A DNA stretch of 64,000 nt, taken from positions 1-64,000 of IMG/VR virus record IMGVR_UViG_3300023235_000015; one strand, given 5' to 3'. Shown here one piece after another: positions 11,501 through 20,009 of the stretch. Source of the stretch: a virus. Numbering within the stretch: position 1 is the first letter of the stretch; the number at the start of each line of letters is the position of its first letter. The notes beneath the pieces were generated by a model. That model saw nothing but the letters and a program-made list of their open reading frames with translations. It was not told the origin of the DNA and did no database searches. A program made the position numbers and the translations under genes.

Positions 11501-14500
11501 ATGGCAACGGAAGCACCTAAGCTTAAGAAGCCTAAAATTAAGGGAGACAACGGAGTACCTAAAAAGATGCTTCAGGGTCAAAGCGATAAACTAACTAAAG
11601 CTTCTAATAAGTATCTTGCTGAAAAAATTGTTGCTACTGAAGCTGGCGGTAGTGGCACTATTCGTATGTCTCTAAAAAACGCAGAAGATTTCAGCGCCAT
11701 AGATAGAATCTTTGCTCCTGTAACAGACTATGACGGGCCTGCACTACCATTCAACGTAGTAGCGGCTCTAGCTGAAGCAGCGGGTATGCCCGGTAAAACA
11801 TTTGCTCAAATTGCTATTGGAGAATCTATGCTAATGCCGGGAGCAATTGGTAGTGACGCTGCTGCCGGTTATGGAAATACTTTTGGTCTAGGGCTTTGGC
11901 AGATAACAACAGGAGTTGGCAATGAAGATGTTATTAGTCGTTTTGGTGGAGAAGCCAACATGCGTAATCCTGTTAAAAACGCTTTAGCAGCTAGAGCTAT
12001 TTATGACCGGCAAGGCACAGGCGCTTGGTATGGTACTGGCTCTGTAACAGATTGGAATGCTCACTATAATGGTAGAGTACCAAACATGGATCATGATAGA
12101 GGCGGTAAGGTTCCTACGTTCCATGACGGAGTTTATGGAATTGGAAAAGAACATCAAAATGACGAAGTAACTAAAAAGATGTTTGGTCTTAAGGGCAACG
12201 AAGTTATAGCTAAACTTGAATATGGCGAATCAGTAATTCCTGCGGCAAGCTTACGCAAAAATAATAAAAAGAAAAAGCCTAAGAGTGCGGCTGGATTACA
12301 GAATCAGATTGATAAGATGTGGAAGAAAATTGAAAATTCTGAACGTAGGTCAATCAAAGAACGCTTAAAAGAAAAAATCAAAGATTTCAAAGATGATATT
12401 CTTCTTATTAAGGCGCGTGACGAATTCACGGATGAAATTAAAGAGAAGAATAAAGAAATTCGCAATAAACAAAAAGAACTTGATGAGGCTAGTTCCGATA
12501 AGAAGAAAAAATCTGCTAGAAAAGAACTTAATACTTTAAATACAGAGCTTAAAGAAATTAAAAGAGATCGTAAAAGTTTGCGAGCTTTTGAAGGTGCAAC
12601 ATATAATACATCTAATATTGGTGATTACATTCTTTTAACTTCTGACAGAATTACTTCATTCATGAAAGATATTGAAGATACTGTAAGTAATCTTGCTAGA
12701 GCAACAGCTAAGTGGACTTACTCTTTCAAGAAAAATAGAAAAGGAATAAAGGTTGCGACTAGAAGTAATACTGAAATACAAGAAGCTAAGAGACAGGTTG
12801 GCGATCTTCGTAAGCAACTAAAGGTTGAACAAAAAGCAATCAATGAGGCTACTCGCGGTAGAATAAAGACTAAGAGAAAGCTTGGTAAAACTCAAGATTC
12901 TTACCAAAAAGATATAGATAAAATAAAGAGAAAGCTTAATAAGTCTGATGATAAAGACGAAAAAGAAGCTCTCAAAAAAGATTTAGATAAAACTCGCAAG
13001 AATAAAAAAGTTGATGTTCAAAAGCTACGTACTTCTTTAAACAACATTACTAATAACCGTAAAGAAGCTATTGATAAGAAACGAGAAACAATAGCTGCTC
13101 TATATGAAGCTCAACTTGCTGTTTACGAAGCTACTATTGGTAGATTTAGTCAGAGACAGAGTGCTAATGATACCAAAATTCAAATTGCTAGTCTAAAAAA
13201 TCAGGATAGGGACGGAAATCTAACTGAAAATGGAAAGACAGAAGTAGCAGCTTTATATGGTAATAAGAAAAATATTCTTGAAGAAGAACGCGCCGTAATT
13301 AAAAACGCTATTAAAAATGCTAATAAGACAGGCGATATTGAGCGCAGCAGAGAACTAAACCAAGCACTTCTAGAAAATCAGCTTGCCATGCTAGAAAACA
13401 CTCAGAGCATAAATGATCTAAATGATACTACACAAGCTTATGAAAAACTACTTGCAACTTTTGGTAACAGAACTCAACAGGCAGATACTAAAATTGAAAT
13501 TGCTAGACTTCAAAATACTGATGAGGAAGGAAACCTTACTAATGTTGGTATAGGAATAATTGAAAGTCTGTATGGAGAAAAAGCTAATATTTTACAGGGT
13601 GAACGTGATGCTATTCAGGAAGAACTAAACCGTTCAAAGGCAGAAGGAGATACTGATAGAGTTAAAGACCTTGAACAAGCTTTACTAGATAATGAGTTAG
13701 CTACTATTCAAAATTCAGATAGCGTTAAGGCTTTATCAGACACTTATATTCAAGCTTACGAAAAGCAAATGTCAGCATTTGGTGTTGGTATTCAATCAAT
13801 AGATTCTCAGATTGAAATTGCTAATTTGACAAATAAAGACCCTAACGATCAATTGACCCAAACAGGTAAAAATAAAATTGCTGATCTTCTAGCAGTTAGA
13901 AGCAGCATACTTGATTATCAGAGGGGCGCGATTGAAACTGAGCTAGCAAGAGCTATAGCAGAAGGGGGTTCTGAAGAAAGAATTAATGAACTAAAACAGT
14001 CTCTACTAGAGAATGAGCTTGCTACTCTTGGTAATACTCAAAGCATTAATGATTTGGATACAAGTATTGCTGATTATGAAAAAGAAATTAGTGGGTACGG
14101 CGGTGAAAAACAACAGCTAGACACTATGGCCGAAATTATAGCTCTACAGAATAAAGGCGCTGACGGCGAAACAACTAGAGCAGGTAAGGATTTAATAGCG
14201 GCACTATATGGACAGAAAGGTGGTGTCTTAGAGATTGAGCGCCAAGCAATTCAAGATGAGCTAGCAGAGTCAATCCTAGCTGGAACTACAGATAGAACTA
14301 AGGAACTTGAACAGGCGCTTCTAGATAACGAATTAGCAATACTTCAAAATACTGATGCCACTAATGAACTTAATTCAAGCGGCGTATTTAACTTTAAGTC
14401 TACTAATTGGGAAATGCTTAGACAGGCTATTACAAATGGTAATGGACAAATTCTTCCATCGCTAATGAACACTATTCCAATGCTAGCTTCTGGTGGACAT

Positions 14501-14680
14501 ATAAAAACAGATGGGCTTGCTTATCTACACGCAGCAGAGGTTGTTGTGCCAAAAGATAAAAATTATGGTAATGGCACAATGGTTGATACAATTAACTTTA
14601 CGCAGCCAATGGAAGTAGCCGATCCTGTGGCACTAAGCAATATAATCGGCTTTAAACTTTCAACTCTTAAATCAATATAA
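5519..14680 (+). CDS. tape measure protein with peptidase-like and lytic transglycosylase domains
   Basis: 3053 aa, coiled-coil and amphipathic. SDHSWGGAIDI...HFDHIH, AIGES...GLWQI...NPVKNA..A..IY...G.GAW, FAKGG/LASGG motifs. Confidence 0.95.
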   Translation: MAKSDTTTLTLILNAINNISPETEDARKSLAQLRKDLEDANKRQEDIDKQRGKDSDAINKQADSTNKLTDSQKKLNDEQERSAILDEKIKNTTSRMEDNADQLKSLNEALKRASVSRQEAAKWKRIAAGYYKDENSTSTITKFTPDKNDGYGSGPRWIIENDDGNYSDPFNTYKEAKEDYDSWVSSNRVSERVSYKKLIARMEDSQNNYVSSLQEHVNEIKKIQNDQIKNEQNTTKQINSELAKRADLVGGGSGGSGGSGGSGGGGSGGSGDSDEEDERNRRIRQLKVASLRGKLGRLANQTQEMRNQYRGGGSIESELLIDEWAAKAKAIHDELDAMGESYDDIMDKARRNQIHTESFGKKHTAALKMDRKIEEDKGAAFLHIADTQEDSYKKSIEFGKENLTLTQAATKVEKELSKQRLLEGKQVQGDLKEQGKLDNQNSEARDKAHRERQKAEQRMGSTIESINTRTEKHIDDQVAGTNKIAQERKKLAKLLVEEHDLIKKGGDQLDKDANKTAQEVSRRAITKRGGKYDDLGGIADNVIAERDRSIAAAKAEAEATKIANRERAKSIAVEKEVAKAKKKTNKETDRQSSLFNDVINNWRITARAGGDLSRRLGRLGLAVRGLAIVGILVFARSLVAALSALAGSAISLAGSLIYAAGALGGVFTAAVAQAIPVVGLLATAMSRLSAIQEAVKQSDLLKKQQFGDTGAEEAAIDNTDQIADANRALQEAQEGVTEARKDAKKELQELIYKEREAELALRGSVLSQADAQRALRESIRGGDVEGIAQAQLDIDTTRFDTGQSRRNLRDVRKERKLGKRNGVNGDDGVKDAIKAVADAQRNLADAHKTAATAADTQSAATDNLAYFLSKLSPAEKALFKQLQSFKARFAKATRPITDIIIRSFGDGLQNVEKLLFNPKILKAFTALATVVGNQIERISKVLTNSGFTRFFEETIGESSKNFPTIVSMFLELAKVFRNIATASAPVLTEFLKFFLEELTQLTDATSDTNSLSDFFSTGLEHFKAWYHLIGAVIGLFGELMGASGDSALGTLTTLTGVINDAKDALSSDDSGAKNFFEDAAKSMEYIGSVIVEIGKAFIELSGSVHVKALADILNKVLIPGFVQGIELVGVFALGIDKLIEIPLIGHFLKWAVAITIFGAAWSSMFALFKPFYLLFKGFSTIIGRVAVMLGGTILKATEGFRMSLLKIWGASGKANSFFGLFRALLGEFFRTLTKSGGFIRIFTKGLAGIPIVGWAIAAGIEIVIGAINALKENFLGIRDILIDNLKGIWKEVKAIFGDIGDSVKSIGEIFGAVASGDSGFAQFLKVIFNIIAWIGKLAGTIALMAIINTILVPLKGFLRAIRAITKAIAAWIDNIAQLVNGEITFGEFLKNIGKILLTFVFDILKAAGGIVWDSLKNIGKLVWNALGDGLRNVFSGIAQTVLDGFISGINWIIDAINVAIDAYNKLPIGDVDRVGKVETSGERAARKANEAKLNAAGNRGRGSGLGDSSKKNDEADAKAKDKKTKANKRATTAENFNHKAMLRSGGASKKNIVTNNQLSKALDKSSKASRRAQRLQKAMAEAADTASKRQRNYARSVAATANAEARLAKVLKNSKGSRTDSNVADSNSVKIKGNLSDATKSAMSIQQRFTSATRSGTKARGVYNSNLVKGIKHTDNYEAAAFKATKTTNLETAAIRGLSKKMGALNTVLKVTGENSRALGMVFKQVTNKILTQFNVDPIKVDLPEVSGMFKQATSDTGFAKGGYFGRKGERKPDDRHVKVAGGEAFLTGAQQRETDRAFAVANSVGGSPYNSLDNLFQKENRAHAGTGHSGNSNFNRGGRNSRRANAGGQSIIIPKSVPDAMGALPGLDLMGYLANQYFGVGVTSGIRGAGTLTSSGNVSDHSWGGAIDISNGSSPTPEMDAAWQWFANVLGNGGSWVENYSGGAIKQMLYRTNIGGNHFDHIHLALQEQYANSTAALTEILTGQAIPVSSGGIMATEAPKLKKPKIKGDNGVPKKMLQGQSDKLTKASNKYLAEKIVATEAGGSGTIRMSLKNAEDFSAIDRIFAPVTDYDGPALPFNVVAALAEAAGMPGKTFAQIAIGESMLMPGAIGSDAAAGYGNTFGLGLWQITTGVGNEDVISRFGGEANMRNPVKNALAARAIYDRQGTGAWYGTGSVTDWNAHYNGRVPNMDHDRGGKVPTFHDGVYGIGKEHQNDEVTKKMFGLKGNEVIAKLEYGESVIPAASLRKNNKKKKPKSAAGLQNQIDKMWKKIENSERRSIKERLKEKIKDFKDDILLIKARDEFTDEIKEKNKEIRNKQKELDEASSDKKKKSARKELNTLNTELKEIKRDRKSLRAFEGATYNTSNIGDYILLTSDRITSFMKDIEDTVSNLARATAKWTYSFKKNRKGIKVATRSNTEIQEAKRQVGDLRKQLKVEQKAINEATRGRIKTKRKLGKTQDSYQKDIDKIKRKLNKSDDKDEKEALKKDLDKTRKNKKVDVQKLRTSLNNITNNRKEAIDKKRETIAALYEAQLAVYEATIGRFSQRQSANDTKIQIASLKNQDRDGNLTENGKTEVAALYGNKKNILEEERAVIKNAIKNANKTGDIERSRELNQALLENQLAMLENTQSINDLNDTTQAYEKLLATFGNRTQQADTKIEIARLQNTDEEGNLTNVGIGIIESLYGEKANILQGERDAIQEELNRSKAEGDTDRVKDLEQALLDNELATIQNSDSVKALSDTYIQAYEKQMSAFGVGIQSIDSQIEIANLTNKDPNDQLTQTGKNKIADLLAVRSSILDYQRGAIETELARAIAEGGSEERINELKQSLLENELATLGNTQSINDLDTSIADYEKEISGYGGEKQQLDTMAEIIALQNKGADGETTRAGKDLIAALYGQKGGVLEIERQAIQDELAESILAGTTDRTKELEQALLDNELAILQNTDATNELNSSGVFNFKSTNWEMLRQAITNGNGQILPSLMNTIPMLASGGHIKTDGLAYLHAAEVVVPKDKNYGNGTMVDTINFTQPMEVADPVALSNIIGFKLSTLKSI

Positions 14681-14689
14681 GGAGATATT

Positions 14690-15958
14690 ATGGCAGCAAG
14701 ATCAGGTTTTGATGGAGTATTCAATAACGCAGCAGACGGAAAGCCTATGGCTAATCTTGAATGCTATGTATACGATTCTACTAACTCATTAGCAACAATT
14801 TATGCAGGTAAAACTGGTAGCACTCTAAAGTCACAGGGATTTCTAACTGTACCAAACGGTGTTATTGAGTTTTGGACAAACCCCGGATATTACGAACTTG
14901 AAGTAAGAGATACAGAAATTCCGGCAAGAGTAACAACAAGAAGAATTCCGTTCAATGCGGTTGCTGGCGACGATGCTGGAATAGACTTTGATCAGCTAGA
15001 AATTCCTGCTGGTAGTATTACTAATCCCAACATAGCTAACAACAACATTAACGCATCACAGAAGATACTCGATCTAAGCGTTTCTACTGGAAAGATCGCC
15101 AACGGCGCAATTGATGGGTCAAAGCTTGGCAATCTTGCTGTTACCCACAGCAAGATATGGGATGAGTCGGTAATAACTCGCACAATCAACGGCGGCGCGG
15201 TCACCAACGCCAAGCTCGGGCCTGACTGCGTTACGTTCGACAAGATCGCTGACGACGCGGTGAACAGTTCCCACATTGCCGATAACTCGGTCGGCACCAA
15301 CCATATCGCTAACGATGCAGTTACAGGATCAAAAATTGCTAGCAACTCGGTAGGTACTCCTGACCTTATTGACACGGCAGTCACTACCGCCAAGCTCGCT
15401 AACGATTCAGTCACCGCAGGCAAGATTGCAGCCGGGCAAGTCAGCGCAAGTGAACTGGCTTCTAGCGCGGTCACCAGCGCCAAAGTTGATGCCACGCTAA
15501 AAGACGGCTCGACCGGCAGCGCAACCATGCGCTCGCTCGGCACCGGGGCAGCACAGGCAGCGGCAGGCAATGATTCACGACTGTCGAACCAACGAACACC
15601 CTCCGATCTTTCCGTAACTTCGGGCAAGATTTGGACAAACGCGGTTGGAAATCGAGCGGTAAATGTTGTTCAGGAAATGGCGACCTATGCACACTCTTCA
15701 GGAAATACGCTAGTCGCCTTTGGCTACTTGCCAATAGGACAACACGTTGTGATTGTTCATACAAGTGGAAATATGTCAAAAATGACCTTTTCTTGGACAG
15801 ATGGCGGGGTCGGGACAATCCAGCAGGCGAGCCTACCGGCGATTGGCAAGTCAATATCCTGCAATGTTAATATCACAACTGCTGGCACACTCCGATTGGA
15901 CGGAAATATAGATGCAACTGGAACATCAGTAATGATTACATTCGGAATAGGAGCATAA
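14690..15958 (+). CDS. tail fibre protein with 10-aa (AVT.AKIAD.) repeats
   Basis: Tandem VT..KIA..SV repeats and the LGTGAAQAAAGND.RLS fibre motif. Confidence 0.75.
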   Translation: MAARSGFDGVFNNAADGKPMANLECYVYDSTNSLATIYAGKTGSTLKSQGFLTVPNGVIEFWTNPGYYELEVRDTEIPARVTTRRIPFNAVAGDDAGIDFDQLEIPAGSITNPNIANNNINASQKILDLSVSTGKIANGAIDGSKLGNLAVTHSKIWDESVITRTINGGAVTNAKLGPDCVTFDKIADDAVNSSHIADNSVGTNHIANDAVTGSKIASNSVGTPDLIDTAVTTAKLANDSVTAGKIAAGQVSASELASSAVTSAKVDATLKDGSTGSATMRSLGTGAAQAAAGNDSRLSNQRTPSDLSVTSGKIWTNAVGNRAVNVVQEMATYAHSSGNTLVAFGYLPIGQHVVIVHTSGNMSKMTFSWTDGGVGTIQQASLPAIGKSISCNVNITTAGTLRLDGNIDATGTSVMITFGIGA

Positions 15959-15959
15959 A

Positions 15960-16331
15960 ATGATTGAAAATACATTCCCTTATACAGACCCAACTAATGC
16001 CGACTTAACCGCCAATATAGTAAGTAATGAAGATGGCGACATCGTAATTGAGTGGCACAATCTAAAGGTGGAATTTGGGCCGCTGTGCGGTAGAATCCGC
16101 TGCACTCTATCGAACAAAACCCTTGACTTTACAGAGTTTTCACTTAGTTCATCTGTGAGTGGCGAAGGCGTACTTACACGATTTGTGGAATGGGCAAATG
16201 ACAACCTGCTAAGTGACGAAGTAACAAAACTGTCCGTAACCTCTCTCGCACCGGCAGTCGTTTCAACGCTTAAAAAAGCCAAATGGTCTAAACGTGGCAA
16301 CACTTACACCTTAAAGAAAACTAATGCCTAA
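15960..16331 (+). CDS. hypothetical protein
   Basis: SD GGAG, follows the tail fibre gene. Confidence 0.55.
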   Translation: MIENTFPYTDPTNADLTANIVSNEDGDIVIEWHNLKVEFGPLCGRIRCTLSNKTLDFTEFSLSSSVSGEGVLTRFVEWANDNLLSDEVTKLSVTSLAPAVVSTLKKAKWSKRGNTYTLKKTNA

Positions 16332-16365
16332 TAATAATCTAGTCAGATTTGGTTTATAGATATAA

Positions 16366-18450
16366 ATGCCAGTTAATCATTCATTATATAAAGCAATAAC
16401 TAATAGCAGATGGCAAGGCGATGGTGAGCTAGCAGTTAAAGGCTCTGGAATTGCTGTGCCTATTGGCCTAGAGGCAACATTTTCTTATAACGGGCTAGTT
16501 ATGAATGATTTAACTGTATACGATAAATATAGAGTAATGAGTATTGATGGTTTAGCTGATTCTTCTATTAGAGATTCTAGAGAAGATAAGCCGGGTGATG
16601 ATGGTCAAGATGCCTACACTAGTTATTATTCTGGCCGCACAATTGTTATGCAAGTTAGAGTAGAAGCTTATGGCTTAGATAAACTCCGTGATATGGAAGA
16701 ATCTTTAAGAACAGCTTTTATTGATATGAAAGAAAAGCCGCTATACTTTTTGACTAATCAAAACAATATGAATCATTACATAAATTGTAAAAAATCTGCC
16801 GAAATGTCCAAAGAAGAAGATGTATCAAGTTTAGATTACAGACATTTTCGTACATGGCAGATTACACTTACTGCTTCTGATCCTAGATTTTATAGAGTAA
16901 GTAAAAATTACATTAATACGCTAGTAACTGTTGATGAACCAGAATTTAATAATGATATTAGTTTCGAAAGTGCTAGCGGCATAAATAATAGATGGGTTTC
17001 TGATCCTAATAACAAAAGAACTAGTTGGCTTGGAACTGATCACAATAGCACAAGCGAAATTGATAATAATTATGCTAATACGCGGCGAAACTACGCGGCA
17101 AACCCGCGAGCCGCCGTAAACGCAACGGACGGCTGGTCTTTTGGCAGCACCGGCTACACGGGCGCGGCGATGATAAAGCAAAACACTTCGCTTACTCAAC
17201 ACGGAACGTCGTTCAGCATAGTCGGCACGAAGGTAGGCGCAACCCCTCAGGCTCTGTTTATGACGACCTCGCCGACGAACTCGGTTCCTGCGGCACCGGG
17301 CGAGATCTGGACCGCGAGCGCAGTCTTTCATAGCATCGACCCGTCTGTCTCGACTTCTGCCGCAAGAGGTTTTCGATGCCAGATCCAATGGTATGACGCG
17401 GGGAACTCGCTCATTAGCACCGATACTTCGGACTTTGTGCCAGACGAAGGCGTGGCCGGGACTCGGATTCACACCACCGCGACCGCGCCTGCTTTGACAG
17501 CGTTCGTCGCAATGCGGCCTACCTGCTTTTCGGAAACAGACGGCGACTTTGTAAGTTTCCGCGTATGGGACTGTCTGCTTGAGAAGTCAAGCGAGGTGGG
17601 CACCTACTTCGACGGCTCAGGTTACTATGACCCATATAATGTATTAGCTCCGGGTGGAAGTGTAGTTAGCTCTATTTCAACTGATTGGGCATCGCAGGGA
17701 ACTAAATCACTAAAGGTTGTAAGCTCATACACTAATCCTGATAAAGTAAAAATTACAAAGTCTTTTTATAACATACGCGACGGATTTGCTTACTCATTTT
17801 CTGGTAATGCTAACTTTGAAGTAAATGATATAATAGGAAGTGATCCAGCTAATGTAATAATAAAATTAAACTTTTTTAATCTAAATAATACAAGTTTAGG
17901 ATCAACAATTGTTTACAGCGCACAAATAGGGTTTGCTCTTTCTAATTCTATATTTAATTGGAATCATGGGTTTATAGCGCCAAGTGGTTGTGCTAAAATT
18001 ACAATGGAAACAAGTATTGAATACTTAGTTTCTAATACTGGCTGGACTTTATATCTAGATGAGCTTTCTCTAAGACATACTAATATCCTTTCAGAAACAG
18101 GCCATATAAATATTGAAAATTTAGGTAATTATAATACTAGTCCTATTATAATAATTGGTGGCGAAATGGAAAATATTACTGTTATAAATGAATCAGCGCC
18201 AGAACCATTTAATAATATTAAATTCAAGCCTTCAATAGTAATAAATGAAGGCGACGTTTACATTATTGATGTAGATAAAAGAACAATTGTAGATCAAAAT
18301 GGTGTTAATAAAATTAACGAACTAGATATGACTTCTGGTTGGCTAAAACTTTATAATGGCCCTAACACTATAACATTAAGCCCTAGTACAATTTTTGGCT
18401 CAAGCACAGAATCTCAAATATCTTTTGAGTGGAAGGATGCGTGGATATAA
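16366..18450 (+). CDS. distal tail protein (Dit) with inserted carbohydrate-binding-like domains
   Basis: IDGL...R...E..PG.DG...Y.GRTI, ITLTASDPRFY and a C-terminal W.DAW. Central CBM-like inserts. Confidence 0.8.
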   Translation: MPVNHSLYKAITNSRWQGDGELAVKGSGIAVPIGLEATFSYNGLVMNDLTVYDKYRVMSIDGLADSSIRDSREDKPGDDGQDAYTSYYSGRTIVMQVRVEAYGLDKLRDMEESLRTAFIDMKEKPLYFLTNQNNMNHYINCKKSAEMSKEEDVSSLDYRHFRTWQITLTASDPRFYRVSKNYINTLVTVDEPEFNNDISFESASGINNRWVSDPNNKRTSWLGTDHNSTSEIDNNYANTRRNYAANPRAAVNATDGWSFGSTGYTGAAMIKQNTSLTQHGTSFSIVGTKVGATPQALFMTTSPTNSVPAAPGEIWTASAVFHSIDPSVSTSAARGFRCQIQWYDAGNSLISTDTSDFVPDEGVAGTRIHTTATAPALTAFVAMRPTCFSETDGDFVSFRVWDCLLEKSSEVGTYFDGSGYYDPYNVLAPGGSVVSSISTDWASQGTKSLKVVSSYTNPDKVKITKSFYNIRDGFAYSFSGNANFEVNDIIGSDPANVIIKLNFFNLNNTSLGSTIVYSAQIGFALSNSIFNWNHGFIAPSGCAKITMETSIEYLVSNTGWTLYLDELSLRHTNILSETGHINIENLGNYNTSPIIIIGGEMENITVINESAPEPFNNIKFKPSIVINEGDVYIIDVDKRTIVDQNGVNKINELDMTSGWLKLYNGPNTITLSPSTIFGSSTESQISFEWKDAWI

Positions 18451-19503
18451 ATGGCAAATTGGAAATTTTTTCTTGCTAATTCTTCCAACATGGAAGTACA
18501 GCTTGATATAACTGGTAATGCTAGAGCCAAACAAATAACGCTTAGTCACAACAGATCGGGCAATTTTACATTTAATCTTCCTCTTACTATAGAGTATTTA
18601 GAATATACTAAAACAAATCAATACTGTATCATAGCAATGAAAAATAATACTATAGTTTGGAGTGGACCTTTATGGACGCGCTCTATTGACCTTTTAGAAG
18701 AAAAAATTACTCTTTCGGCGGTTGGTTGGTTTGAGATTCTTATGAATCGTTATCTTCGTGAAACCGTACCTGACTATAGTGACGTTCCTACTTTAGATAG
18801 CTCAATTGGTCACGCTCTATTAGGTATAGCTAATACAGACGTACCTACATATATTACTACTGGTTTAAGTACAGGATCAACTAATAGAACTATTAAATAT
18901 GAGATTTTTCAAAGTATTGGCGAGGAAATAATTAATCTTTCTGATACAGAAAATGGATTTGATATCTATGTTGATCCTGAAACTAGAGAGCTAAACTTGT
19001 ATGATAATACTGATTATGTTGATAGAACGTCTATACCTTTTGGTATGAATCATGGTGTTAATAATATTTCTAATATTGTAATTAACGAGAATGGCGGCGA
19101 AATGAGAAACCGTATTCAAGTTGTCGGCGCTAATAATGATGTGTATGAATATGATAGTTTAGCAAGTCAAGCTACTAATGGGCTTATGACTGAGGTTATA
19201 CAGCTTACAGAAAGTGATGATGCTACATTATTACAAGCTATTGCTAATGCTCAGGGAGCAATTAAAGAAAATGGAATGATTGATTATGAACTTACGTTAA
19301 AGCCTGAAGGCGAAAGCAATCCTTACGAAATTTTTGAAGATTACGATATTGGAGATAGAATTTACATTACTGCTCAAAAATATATTGATGGTGAAACAGT
19401 ATTATTTACACATGAGCCTAGAATCTTTGGCGCTACAATTGATATTGATGAGTACAATACTGAACGTGTAAGCTCTCTACAAACTACTTTTTCAGGTGCT
19501 TAA
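18451..19503 (+). CDS. minor tail protein (Tal/baseplate hub)
   Basis: IVWSGPLW, GFDIYVDP and DYDIGD motifs, follows Dit. Confidence 0.75.
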   Translation: MANWKFFLANSSNMEVQLDITGNARAKQITLSHNRSGNFTFNLPLTIEYLEYTKTNQYCIIAMKNNTIVWSGPLWTRSIDLLEEKITLSAVGWFEILMNRYLRETVPDYSDVPTLDSSIGHALLGIANTDVPTYITTGLSTGSTNRTIKYEIFQSIGEEIINLSDTENGFDIYVDPETRELNLYDNTDYVDRTSIPFGMNHGVNNISNIVINENGGEMRNRIQVVGANNDVYEYDSLASQATNGLMTEVIQLTESDDATLLQAIANAQGAIKENGMIDYELTLKPEGESNPYEIFEDYDIGDRIYITAQKYIDGETVLFTHEPRIFGATIDIDEYNTERVSSLQTTFSGA

Positions 19504-19922
19504 TGTCAAATTTAGGTAAACAAAAAACTTTAGTTGGCGCTATTCTTAAAAACGAAAAAGATATTGAAGAACTAAAGAGAAAATCAATAAATCTGGCAAA
19601 TAACGTTCCCGAAGCATGGATTGCCCCAACATTCACAAACAGCTTTACAAACTTTGGCAGCCCCCACGCCAACGCCGGGTACTACAAAGACCCATCCGGG
19701 CGAGTCCATCTACGCGGCGCGGTCAAGCGCAGCCCGACCACCGATCTCGGAATGTTCACCCTGCCTGCGGGCTACCGGCCTTCTGCCCAGCTTGTCTCAC
19801 CTATCTCGGTCTTTGGCGCAATCGGGGGACTTGGGATTACCAGCGCAGGCGTTGTCAATGCCAACAGCGGCGATACCTCAGTTTTCGTATCGCTCGACGG
19901 AATCTCATTCAGGGCAGCGTAA
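19503..19922 (+). CDS. minor tail protein with C-terminal beta-sandwich head
   Basis: GYYKDPSGRVHLRG, FTLPAGYRP and SLDGISF fibre-head motifs. GC-rich 3' part. Confidence 0.7.
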   Translation: MSNLGKQKTLVGAILKNEKDIEELKRKSINLANNVPEAWIAPTFTNSFTNFGSPHANAGYYKDPSGRVHLRGAVKRSPTTDLGMFTLPAGYRPSAQLVSPISVFGAIGGLGITSAGVVNANSGDTSVFVSLDGISFRAA

Positions 19923-20009
19923 GTAGACCTATGTGAAGGCAAGGGCTGGTACGACGAGCATTCTAGGAAGTTTGCGCCAATGCTAGCAGTATGATACCAT
20001 ACGTTTACA

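Noticed and set aside
6534-17472. Nested and antisense ORFs within the tape measure, fibre and Dit genes
   Set aside because: Shadow ORFs arising from codon bias and GC-rich blocks, without RBS or motifs.
1-19922. Diversity-generating retroelement acting on tail genes
   Set aside because: No reverse transcriptase and no TR/VR pair differing at adenines. The shared segment is only ~27 nt.
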